Part shown: positions 1-7,992 of the stretch, piece after piece
How positions within the stretch are numbered: the stretch's first letter is position 1
Layout: each line of letters opens with the position of its first letter
Assembly: GCA_022646745.1 (NCBI GenBank)
Contig: CP060262.1
Span: forward strand, 1,110,001-1,142,000
DNA from: Planctomycetales bacterium
Lineage (GTDB): Bacteria > 4484-113 > JAFGCY01
DNA length: 32,000 bases
Reading direction: 5' to 3'
Program-made: the position numbers and the translations under genes
The notes under the pieces: generated by a model
What the model was told of the DNA's origin: nothing
The model's input: the letters and a program-made list of their open reading frames with translations, nothing else
The model's database searches: none

Positions 1-139
1 CACTGATTAACATCCCACATCCCCCATCCCGCATCCCGCTCCTGTCTCATCCCCTTCTCCCAACTGCGACCCCCTGATCCCCGGTCCCCGGTCCCAGGTC
101 CCTGATTAACAACCGGTCCCCTGTACCAGTTGTCAGCAG
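1..139. repeat. C/T-rich block of degenerate heptamer units (CATCCCN units 11-39, CCCNGGT-type units about 76-105, ends with CAGTTGTCAG 127-136). Probably the distal arm of a palindromic intergenic element cut by the window edge
   Basis: Direct reading. It uses the same units as (CATCCCN)n at 8343-8425. GATCCCCGGTCCC at 76-88 is the reverse complement of GGGACCGGGGATC at 11472-11484. Confidence 0.5.
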
Positions 140-312
140 AAAAACCCCGATTGTTGGGACATTTTCCGGCTGGAGGGGCTGCCGAGGGGGTCTGGAGGGG
201 TGCTCAGGGGGGTCTCGCGACAGTTAGGTTAATAACGTCCGCAAAGGGGGGATCAGGCCCGATGGATACTGCCGATGCCGCCGGTGGCCGGGGATTAACT
301 GTTAAAAGAGTA

Positions 313-441
313 ACCAGTGGTCAGTGGTCAGTGGGCAGTAGGAACAGTTGAAATAGTATTGATAGTTTCAATAGTCAGATTTGAGAACGGACACTCCCGT
401 GTACTCACTATTCGCACTATTCAGACTATCCAAACTATTCA
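313..441. repeat. Imperfect inverted repeat of short units. Left arm is (CAGTGGN)x4 plus AATAGT-type units (313-388); right arm is ACTATT-type units (404-441)
   Basis: Direct reading. The AATAGT units on the left are the complement of the CACTATT/AACTATT units on the right, with a loop of about 15 nt. Confidence 0.5.
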
Positions 442-484
442 TACCTGGTCTCAAGTGCGTATGCGTGCCCGATAATTAAAGGAG

Positions 485-2746
485 GTGGATACAGCACCCA
501 GAGCAGCGCAGACCAAAAACCAGTTCGGCACCTTCGCCGGGGTCTACGTGCCGTCCATCCTCACCATCCTCGGCGCGATCATGTTCATGCGCGCCAACTT
601 CGTGACGGGCGAGGCCGGCATCATCGGCGCGCTGTCCATCCTGCTGTTAGCCAAGGCTGTATCAGTGCTCAGCGTGATCAGCGTCTCGGCGATCGCCACC
701 AACATGACGGTGCGCGGCGGCGGGGCCTACTTCCTGATCTCGCGCTCGCTGGGGCCGGAATTCGGCGGCTCGATCGGCCTCGCGTACTTCCTCGCGCAGG
801 CGCTGTCCATCCCGTTCTACATCCTCGGTTTCACCGAGGCGATGGCCTTCGCCCTGCCGCAGTACAGCGCCTGGAGCGCGGACATCGCCTATGCCGCGGC
901 GGCGCTCCTGCTGGTCGTGGCCTGGGTCGGGGCCTCCTGGGCGATCCGCGTGCAGTACGTCGTGATGGGGGCGCTCGCGCTGTCGGTGGCGGCGATCTTC
1001 ATCACCGGCGGCATGCACTGGAGCGAGGCCACCTTCATGCACAACCTGGCGGCGAACTACACCCAGCACGTGGTGCCGACGCCCGAGGGGCAGGAGCCGC
1101 ACAACTTCTGGAGCATCTTCGCGATCTACTTCCCGGCGGTGACGGGCTTCCTGGCCGGCGTGAACATGTCCGGCGACCTGAAGGACCCCAGCCGCTCGAT
1201 CCCCAAGGGCTCGCTCCTGGCCGTGCTGACAGGCTTCATCGTGTACCTGCTGATCATCCTCGTGAACGGCGGCGCGTTCTCCCGCGAGCAGCTGATCAAC
1301 CAGCCGTTTGAGATCATGGGGCAGATGGCGCCCTTCGGCATGGGGGTGCTGATCGCGCTTGGGGTGGTGGCGGCCACGCTGTCGTCCGCGCTCGGCAGCT
1401 ACCTCGGAGCGCCGCGTATCCTGCAGGCGGTGGCGCGGGACAGGCTGCTGCCGTTCCTGAACCCCTTCGCCGGCGGATCGAAGAAGGGCGATGAGCCCCT
1501 GCCGGCGCTGGCGCTGACGGCGGTGATCACCTTCGGCGTGCTGTACTGGAGCTACAACATCGCCCAGGGGGACAGCTTCAACATCGTGGCAAGCGTGATC
1601 ACGATGTTCTTCCTTTATACATATGGCACGCTGAACCTGGCCGCCTTCACCGAGGCCTTCGGGCGCAACCCGAGCTTCCGCCCGCGCTTCAAGCAGTTCC
1701 ACTGGTCCACGGCACTCGTCGGCTTCCTGGCCTGCGGCGCGATCGCCTTCATCATCGACCCGCCGGCCGCCGTGGTGGCGGTGCTCGTGATCGGCGCGCT
1801 GTACTGGTACCTGCACCACCGCGAGCTCAGGGCCGCATTCGGTGATGCGCGGCGCGGCTTCATATATACAAATGTGCGCAACCAGCTGCTGCGCCTGCGC
1901 TCGATGCCGGCCGACCCGAAGAACTGGCGCCCGACGATCCTCGTGTTCACCGGCAACCCGAGCACGCGCGACTTCCTCGTGCGCTACGCCAACTGGCTGG
2001 AGAGCTCGCGCGGGATCGTGATGATCGTGAACATCATCGTGGGCAGTGATGAGCGCAGCGGCTTCCACCACCTGCGGGCCACGAAGCAGATCGAGGCCTA
2101 CCTGGAGCACAACAACCTGCCGGCCTTCCCGATCGCGGTGGCCACCGACGACCTGTCGATCGGGATGGAGATGGTGCTGCAGACCGCCAGCATCGGCCCG
2201 ATCCGCCCGAACCTGGTGATGCTCGGCTGGCCCTCGGAGCGCACCAACCTGCAGGCCTATACCCGCAACCTGAAGAGCGCGACCGCCAAGGGCATGAGCC
2301 TCCTGATGATCCGCGGCAAGAGCCTGCCGCCGCAGATGGGCCAGCGCAGCATCGACGTCTGGTGGCGCGGGCGGCAGAACGGTTCGCTGATGCTGCTGCT
2401 GGCGCACATGCTGCAGCACAGCATCGGCTGGACTTCGGCACGCATCCGCATCCTGCGTGTGGTGCCACGCGAGGTGGAAAAGGAGCCGGCCCTGACAGAC
2501 CTGCGCAACATCATGGAGGAAGCGCGGGTGGAGGCGGAGCCGGTGGTGATCGTCACCGAGGCAAGCTTCCGCGAGGTGCTGCAGCAGCACAGCATGCAGG
2601 CCACGACGGTGTTCCTAGGTTTCGCCACCCCGGAGCCGGAGGAATCGCAGGCCTGGCGCGACATGTATGAGGAGCTGCTGGAGGGCATGCCCACCACCCT
2701 GATGGTGCAGGCGCTGGATGAGGAAGACAAGGCACTGCTCGGATAG
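485..2746 (+). CDS. Cation-chloride cotransporter family (SLC12/CCC, APC superfamily) homolog with a large C-terminal cytoplasmic domain
   Basis: GTG start 6 nt after AAGGAGG. The N-terminal signature FGTFAGVYVPSILTILGAIMFMR ... SAIATNMTVRGGGAYFLISRSLGPEFGGSIGLAYFL closely matches the conserved TM1-TM3 SLC12 motifs. About 12 hydrophobic segments are followed by a soluble tail of about 270 aa. Confidence 0.88.
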   Translation: MDTAPRAAQTKNQFGTFAGVYVPSILTILGAIMFMRANFVTGEAGIIGALSILLLAKAVSVLSVISVSAIATNMTVRGGGAYFLISRSLGPEFGGSIGLAYFLAQALSIPFYILGFTEAMAFALPQYSAWSADIAYAAAALLLVVAWVGASWAIRVQYVVMGALALSVAAIFITGGMHWSEATFMHNLAANYTQHVVPTPEGQEPHNFWSIFAIYFPAVTGFLAGVNMSGDLKDPSRSIPKGSLLAVLTGFIVYLLIILVNGGAFSREQLINQPFEIMGQMAPFGMGVLIALGVVAATLSSALGSYLGAPRILQAVARDRLLPFLNPFAGGSKKGDEPLPALALTAVITFGVLYWSYNIAQGDSFNIVASVITMFFLYTYGTLNLAAFTEAFGRNPSFRPRFKQFHWSTALVGFLACGAIAFIIDPPAAVVAVLVIGALYWYLHHRELRAAFGDARRGFIYTNVRNQLLRLRSMPADPKNWRPTILVFTGNPSTRDFLVRYANWLESSRGIVMIVNIIVGSDERSGFHHLRATKQIEAYLEHNNLPAFPIAVATDDLSIGMEMVLQTASIGPIRPNLVMLGWPSERTNLQAYTRNLKSATAKGMSLLMIRGKSLPPQMGQRSIDVWWRGRQNGSLMLLLAHMLQHSIGWTSARIRILRVVPREVEKEPALTDLRNIMEEARVEAEPVVIVTEASFREVLQQHSMQATTVFLGFATPEPEESQAWRDMYEELLEGMPTTLMVQALDEEDKALLG

Positions 2747-2781
2747 GAGGCAGGGAGCAGGAAGCGGAAAGCAGAAAGCAG
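2747..2781. repeat. Purine-rich degenerate hexamer run (GAGGCAGGGAGCAGGAAGCGGAAAGCAGAAAGCAG) directly after the transporter stop codon, with no complementary arm nearby
   Basis: Direct reading. It uses the same AAGCAG/GAAGCA vocabulary as the elements after the flagellin genes. Confidence 0.5.
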
Positions 2782-3110
2782 ACTCAATCAAATGGTTTGT
2801 AATGCCTGTTGATAAAGTGGATTATTCTATTAGCTGATGCGCTAATTATAAGACTACGGAAGATCACGGGCTATTCCAAACTTGGAAAAGTATGCCTGGC
2901 CAAGTTCGAATTGGATTCGTAATTATTATTAGCGAATAAGCTCGGAATAAGCTCTGTATTGGCTTTATCGCTGACGTGAATAGAAGGAGTAATATGATCC
3001 GGGATCTGCCTCGGTTGATCAGGACGGATCAGGAATGGCTGGGAACTGAGTATTTTCTGGCCGGCATACACTTTCAATTTTGTCCGAAGTGTATGGCCTT
3101 TGGCCTCGTA

Positions 3111-3680
3111 TCAGCTCTTCGGCTTGAGGTGCGCCAGGTCCTTTGGCAGCTCCACTCCCATCTTGTCCAGCGCATAAACCATCAGGTTTGAATTGAAGCT
3201 GCCAAAATCCTCCACCAGCTCGCCGCCCGGCTTGAAGATCCAGACTCGCGGCGTACCCTTCTCGCGCATGTCCATGCTGATTTCAGTCTGCTTCACATCC
3301 GGGTCCCACAGCACCGGGGCCTGCAGGCCGCGCTCGAGGATCGTGGCCTCGGCCTGCTCCTCCACCTTGTCGGCGTTGATGGTGTAGATGTCCACGCCGA
3401 CATCGTACTTCTGCATGTTTCGGTACATCAGTTCCACGAAGGGCAGCTGGCGCTTGCAGTGCGGGCATTCGCTGATCCAGAAGAACAGCAGAAACGGCCG
3501 GCCGCTGTCAGCCAGCTCCTTGAATGTGACATGCTCCTTGCCGCCGACTTCCTTCAGGTCGAACTCATAGGACGGCTTGGCATCCTTCCCATCCTTTCCC
3601 TGCGCAAAGGCAGAACCGGACCAGCCGAGGAGGCCCAGCACAAGCAGCAAGACAGTCAGCTTCAGAACACGCATTTCCAC
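3111..3680 (-). CDS. Secreted TlpA/ResA-like thioredoxin-fold thiol:disulfide oxidoreductase (CPHC active site)
   Basis: Signal peptide MEMRVLKLTVLLLVLGLLGWSGSAFA, motif FFWISECPHCKRQ, and redoxin-like length of 189 aa. It is a paralog of 6014-6565. Confidence 0.8.
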   Translation of the reverse strand: MEMRVLKLTVLLLVLGLLGWSGSAFAQGKDGKDAKPSYEFDLKEVGGKEHVTFKELADSGRPFLLFFWISECPHCKRQLPFVELMYRNMQKYDVGVDIYTINADKVEEQAEATILERGLQAPVLWDPDVKQTEISMDMREKGTPRVWIFKPGGELVEDFGSFNSNLMVYALDKMGVELPKDLAHLKPKS

Positions 3681-3796
3681 TCCGTTAACATTGCCCGCAG
3701 GCCATTATCCATGACGTGGCCGGGGCCTGCAGTATTCATCGCGGCTGTTATGCTCATTGCAGTGCTGCAGGGACGCGGCCAAGGGAGGACTGTGGC

Positions 3797-4567
3797 TTGC
3801 TCGCTTCCAGGTTCATTTACGCCTTTCTCATCATTGAGCTGCTTGTGCTGCTGGGCGGTGACCCCGCGCATTCACAGGACAAGTGGATGGTGGGCAGCCA
3901 GGAACAGGTGCGCGCCTTGAACATGGTGCAGATCGCGCTGACCGCCTACCAGTCGAGCCACGGCAAGTGGCCGAAGAACTGGAAGGAGCTGCGCGAGAGC
4001 GGGATCTGGCAATCCGTGCTGCTCAATGAACAGGGCCAGGCGCTGGACCCGGACAATGATGGACCGCCCAAACTCGGCAGCGGCCTGAACTATCGCGGCG
4101 TTGACAGCGAGGGTCGGGCGGTGCTTGTGGTGCTGGTGCCGCGCGGGGCAGCCGCGCTGCAAAGCGAGGAGGAACGCACCTGGCGGCTGGAACCGCAGCC
4201 GGACTACGCCCAGCGCCTGAAATGGCTGGACAGCCAGGGCTTCACAGCCGCGCGCGGGATCACGCTGGCGGACTACATTGACGACAAGGGGATGCTGGGC
4301 CTGTTTGCGATCTGCGGGGTGATCGAGGAGGGGCTGAAGCTGTACACGCTTGAGAACAGCGGCGGGCCGGAGGAGCTGGACCAGCTGATTGACAGCGGAT
4401 ACTGCCCGGTGGACCGCCAGAGCATCAACCCGCGAACGGGAGCACGCCTGAAGTTCGACGGCAGCCGCGGCGAGCTGAAGCTCAGCTTCGACAAGGACGG
4501 GAAGCTCACCGGAGTCTGGCCGGTGCTGTCCGATGGCAAGGAGCTGAAAGCGCCGGGGGTTTTCTAG
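3797..4567 (+). CDS. Hypothetical exported protein with a degenerate prepilin/pseudopilin-like N-terminus
   Basis: The ORF is open from 3716, but GGGAGGA (3783-3789) lies 7 nt before TTG 3797, which gives the N-terminus LASRFIYA/FLIIELLVLLGG. The following segment QVRALNMVQIALTAYQSSHGKWPKNWKEL resembles the pseudopilin alpha1-C region. The start codon is uncertain (3716 or 3797). Confidence 0.6.
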   Translation: MLASRFIYAFLIIELLVLLGGDPAHSQDKWMVGSQEQVRALNMVQIALTAYQSSHGKWPKNWKELRESGIWQSVLLNEQGQALDPDNDGPPKLGSGLNYRGVDSEGRAVLVVLVPRGAAALQSEEERTWRLEPQPDYAQRLKWLDSQGFTAARGITLADYIDDKGMLGLFAICGVIEEGLKLYTLENSGGPEELDQLIDSGYCPVDRQSINPRTGARLKFDGSRGELKLSFDKDGKLTGVWPVLSDGKELKAPGVF

Positions 4568-4605
4568 CGAGGACCTTGGATCTGGGGTGTAGTGGGTAAT
4601 GAATC

Positions 4606-5247
4606 ATGAATAAAGAAATTAATTATGCGAAGGTCTATAAGCACCTGATAATCGAATTCGCAGATGGATCAAATGCTGAGCTGAAACTTGATCTTCAAAA
4701 CTGTGTTGTTGTATTGGAGATCAATGACGAGATAACCTTGCTAAAGCGATTTCGTCTGTCATTCCTTGGTTGCACAAACGTTGAAGTTGTCATGGAAGGA
4801 GAAGACGAGGATAGACAAACTGACCTGATATATCGCATACAGGAATCTGAGGCGGAGGGTGATCTTAGACACTTCCTGGTTGAATTCAATTCGGAATCTA
4901 CCGTGACAATTTCATGCAAGGACTTCACGCTGTCCAAAATTGGGCCACGAAGGGACTGGAAAGAGCAGGTTCTGAAGTTTGACGTTGACAAAGTCAATCA
5001 GCTAACAAAAGGACTGATAAATCACAAGATTCTGAGCGAGGAGGAAGCCGATAAGTATGCCTATGCATTGCTGACTATTGAGATGCATTGTGAACCTCTT
5101 TTTCTTGTGGATATCCCCAACTTGATCGAATTGTTGTCAAAAGAAAATCTATCAGATGCAGAACGAAAAGACGTTCTGGGCGATATACGGCTGGGCCTTT
5201 CTTCGATCGTGGAGCAGATTGACGATGCAAAGTTACTGGAAGTGTAA
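4606..5247 (+). CDS. Hypothetical protein, an AT-rich orphan gene
   Basis: Clean 213-aa ORF in a block of about 40% GC (hand count 24/60 for 4621-4680, versus 39/60 for 4441-4500). I recognise no motifs. Confidence 0.6.
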   Translation: MNKEINYAKVYKHLIIEFADGSNAELKLDLQNCVVVLEINDEITLLKRFRLSFLGCTNVEVVMEGEDEDRQTDLIYRIQESEAEGDLRHFLVEFNSESTVTISCKDFTLSKIGPRRDWKEQVLKFDVDKVNQLTKGLINHKILSEEEADKYAYALLTIEMHCEPLFLVDIPNLIELLSKENLSDAERKDVLGDIRLGLSSIVEQIDDAKLLEV

Positions 5248-5602
5248 AGCAGATGATGAGCACATACAAGATACAGTTCTTACGCTTTGCCGCTGGCCTG
5301 TTTGCCATCCACGCCCTGTTGGACGCCTGCGGCGACCCCCACCCGGGATGTCCAGCGGCAATCCTATGATGCTCTTCTTCGTGCCTTGGTGACTTGGTGG
5401 TTTCATTTTTGTTGGCCAGCAAGACACAAAGACACCAAGCAGATCGGATAGCGGCACTTGTTTTACGCAACCGGAAGTGGATATGGCGAAGAAGGCGTAT
5501 ATGGAAGTAGGGCGGCGGTAATACCGCCGCCGCGGATGGGGTGTCAGCCCATCCCTCCGTCATGCATGTTGCACGAGTGACCGGCTTGCGCCGGGATACC
5601 GC

Positions 5603-5990
5603 GCCGAGCTTGCGCTCGACCTCCGGAAAGCAATGAGTTGTGAAGAGTGAGCAATGATGGTTTCGCAGGTCGAGGTAACAACAAGCCTTTGTCTGGCTCA
5701 TGGCTCATTCTTCATTGCTCATGATTGGCTCATGCGGAATGTTTCGGCTGCATCCGCCTGCGGCTGGACTGACCTCCTCGCCGAGCTTGCGCTCGACCTC
5801 CGGAAAGCAATGAGTTGTGAAGAGTGAGCAATGATGGATTCGCAGGTCGAGGCAACAACAAGCCTTTGTCAGGCTCATTGCACAATCTTCATTGCTCATG
5901 ATTGGCACATGCAGAATGTTTCGGCTGCATCCGCCTGCGGCTGGGATGCAGAACCCCTGGTCAGTCCTGCCTGCGGCGGGACTGACCTCC
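5603..5990. repeat. Tandem direct repeat with a 177-bp period. Copy 1 is 5603-5779 and copy 2 is 5780-5990, with a 35-nt insertion near its end. Each copy contains an internal GAGCAAT-type hairpin
   Basis: GCCGAGCTTGCGCTCGACCTCCGGAAAGCAATGAGTTGTGAAGAGTGAGCAATGATGG starts at both 5603 and 5780. The copies differ at only a few positions over the first 100 nt or so. Confidence 0.85.
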
Positions 5991-6013
5991 GTGTCATCCT
6001 TACGGATGACCTC

Positions 6014-6565
6014 CTATTTGTCGTCGGGGACGGGGATGTCGAGCAGCTTGAGCACCGCTTCGCTGTAGCCGGCCTTGTAGCCCGTGATAGTGTCGATGAA
6101 CTCGCCGCCCGCCCCGAACACGTAGGTCACCGGCATGCCAAGGTCCTTCAGGCCGTAGGCCTTGTCCGTGCGCCGGCCGTGCATGTCCCACAGCACCGGG
6201 ATTGACAGCCCGGTCTCGGCGATGTAGCTGCGGCAGTCGCGCTCGCGGTCGTCGATGTTGATGCTGACGAGGTACATGTCCAGCTCATGCTCGCGGATCG
6301 AGTCATTGAGCTCCTGCACGTAGGGCATCTGCATCCGGCAAAGCTGGCAGCTGGACAGCCACCACACCAGCACGAAGGGCTTCTTGCTGCGGGCCAGTTC
6401 CTCGAAGCTCAGGCCGCCCGCGTCGTTGACGTAGTCCAGGTCGAAGGCGTAGTACTCCCAGTCCGGGTTGGGCTTGGAGTCATCCTCGCCCTGGGCCAGC
6501 GCGGGCGCAAAGCCGCAGGCCGTGAAGGCCAGCGCCAGCAACATGATCAACATCCTATCTCTCAT
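6014..6565 (-). CDS. TlpA/ResA-like thioredoxin-fold lipoprotein (CQLC active site)
   Basis: Signal/lipobox MLIMLLALAFTAC and motif VWWLSSCQLCRMQMPYV. It aligns by eye with 3111-3680 (YEFDLKEV../YAFDLDYV.., ..GLQAPVLWD/..GLSIPVLWD). Confidence 0.8.
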   Translation of the reverse strand: MRDRMLIMLLALAFTACGFAPALAQGEDDSKPNPDWEYYAFDLDYVNDAGGLSFEELARSKKPFVLVWWLSSCQLCRMQMPYVQELNDSIREHELDMYLVSINIDDRERDCRSYIAETGLSIPVLWDMHGRRTDKAYGLKDLGMPVTYVFGAGGEFIDTITGYKAGYSEAVLKLLDIPVPDDK

Positions 6566-7070
6566 CCGGTACCTCTTCTATATCCAGGCGCCGCGCCATG
6601 CCTTCCATGTCCCGGCATGTCATCAACAGCGCATCTTCCTGTGTGTCAGTGTAATAACGCTTGCGCAGGCCAACCTGCGTGAAGCCGAGCCGCTCGTACA
6701 GGGTTATCGCCGCCTCGTTGCTGACCCTTACCTCCAGCACGATATAGGCGATCCCTTCCTGGATTCCCTGGAAGGCCGTGTACGCAATCAGCTGCTCGGC
6801 GATGCGCCTGCCCCGGTACTCCTGCTTGGTGGCAATAGTGCCGATGTGCGCCTCGTCGTAGATGAACCAGCTGCCGATGTACCCAACCAGCTCGTGCTGA
6901 TCCTTCGTTTCTATGACAAAGAAGCGGGCGTGCCTGTTCGCATCGATGTCGGATTCGTACATCGATCGCTTCCATGGAGTGGGAAAACTGTACTGCTCGA
7001 TCACGAGCAGGGGATCCAGGTCCGCTTCAGCCATCCGCCGGATCCTGAACTGGTCAAAGGCTCCCGCCAT
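6555..7070 (-). CDS. rimI: Ribosomal-protein-alanine N-acetyltransferase (GNAT family, RimI-like)
   Basis: IRRMAEADLDPLLVIEQYSFPTPW ... GTIATKQEYRGRRIAEQLI ... LEVRVSNEAAITLYERLGF ... YYTDTQEDALLM is the typical RimI/GNAT core. It overlaps the downstream thioredoxin gene by 11 nt. Confidence 0.85.
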   Translation of the reverse strand: MAGAFDQFRIRRMAEADLDPLLVIEQYSFPTPWKRSMYESDIDANRHARFFVIETKDQHELVGYIGSWFIYDEAHIGTIATKQEYRGRRIAEQLIAYTAFQGIQEGIAYIVLEVRVSNEAAITLYERLGFTQVGLRKRYYTDTQEDALLMTCRDMEGMARRLDIEEVPDER

Positions 7071-7142
7071 GCGTAAATTATAGGTTGAACCGGGGCCTGA
7101 TCCTCAAGCAGAGATTGACTCGTGCCGATCCACTGAAATAAG

Positions 7143-7853
7143 ATGGAAGCCGTGAAGCTCAGCCTCAACCTGCAGAACTGCGAGATCCCCGCCGGGTGCG
7201 CCAACTTCGGCGAGCTCGTTTCGTACATGGAGGAGCAGCAGATCCCGCAGGATGAGGTGATCACCCGCATCATCATCGACGGCAGCGATGTCAGTTCCGA
7301 GCGTGAGCTGGAGCTGGCCACGGAGCCGCTCAGCGAATTCGAGATCGTTGAGTTCTACTCCGCACGCACGCTTGACCTGGCCCGCCAGAGCATGCAGGAT
7401 GCAACAGAACTGCTGCCGGCGCTGCAGGCGGACCTGCCGAACGTGGCCACGGAGCTGCGCGGCGGCAACATCCAGGACGGGCTCCTGATGTTCGACAAAT
7501 GCCTGGAGATCATCAGCCACTACGTCAGCCTGGTGAATGCGATTGACGGGATCTACCGCCGGATCGACCCCAGTTTCCGCCTGCTGCCGAGTGCAGATGC
7601 GGCGACGGACGAGAACGAGACGGATTTCGATGTGGACAGCCTCAACCCGAACCCGGACAATGAGCTGAAGACCTTCGCCTCGATTGAGAACCTGCGCCAG
7701 AAGCTGATGAGCGTGGAGCAGGCCCAGGCGAACGGGGACAGCCTGCTTTTGGCGGACCTGATCGAGTTCGAGATCCTGCCAATCGTGGGGATCTGGAACA
7801 ACGAACTGCCGGTGCTGAACGGGCGGGTGCAAAGAGAAAACGCAAAAGCCTGA
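7143..7853 (+). CDS. Hypothetical acidic cytoplasmic protein
   Basis: 236-aa ORF with host-like GC3 bias, followed by an intrinsic terminator. I recognise no motifs and there is no obvious SD, so the start is uncertain. Confidence 0.6.
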   Translation: MEAVKLSLNLQNCEIPAGCANFGELVSYMEEQQIPQDEVITRIIIDGSDVSSERELELATEPLSEFEIVEFYSARTLDLARQSMQDATELLPALQADLPNVATELRGGNIQDGLLMFDKCLEIISHYVSLVNAIDGIYRRIDPSFRLLPSADAATDENETDFDVDSLNPNPDNELKTFASIENLRQKLMSVEQAQANGDSLLLADLIEFEILPIVGIWNNELPVLNGRVQRENAKA

Positions 7854-7957
7854 TTCCCCTGCCGTCTCACGCAAGCGCTCGACGGTCTGCGTGACGGCAA
7901 GAAACAAGTTTCGTGCCGCACGCACGAACAGCGCTCTCCCAACAAACATTGGAAGAT

Positions 7958-7984
7958 AAAGCGAGCCCCAGGGCTCGCTTTTTG
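7958..7984 (+). terminator. Rho-independent terminator
   Basis: GCGAGCC(CCAG)GGCTCGC stem followed by TTTTT. Confidence 0.75.
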
Positions 7985-7992
7985 CTTTCTTC

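Noticed and set aside
130-351. 73-aa plus-strand ORF at the window start
   Set aside because: It lies within G-rich and repeat sequence, has a low-complexity Gly/Ala-rich translation and no SD, and is flanked by palindromic repeat arms. It is probably non-coding.
662-2590. 642-aa antisense ORF and several other ORFs overlapping the transporter gene
   Set aside because: The translation is rich in Arg, His, Ala and Gly. This is typical of open antisense frames in GC3-rich genes, and the sense strand has unmistakable SLC12 motifs.
2994-3191. Small plus-strand ORF (65 aa) with GAAGGAG upstream in the AT-rich block
   Set aside because: It overlaps the 3' end of the convergent thioredoxin gene by about 80 nt, the SD spacing is short, and it has no recognisable features. 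It is kept only as a remote possibility.
5075-5908. Cys-rich peptides repeated on the minus strand (MSQTKACCYLDLRNHHCSLFTTHCFPEVERKLG and MSLTKACCCLDLRIHHCSLFTTHCFPEVERKLG), considered as tandem RiPP-like precursors
   Set aside because: The HCSLF-type peptide is simply the translation of the GAGCAATGAAGAGTGAGCAATG repeat word, which also occurs in clearly non-coding contexts (7993-8250). All three nucleotide differences between the copies in this stretch are non-synonymous. The longer ORF also runs into the 3' end of the AT-rich gene, and no modification enzymes are nearby.
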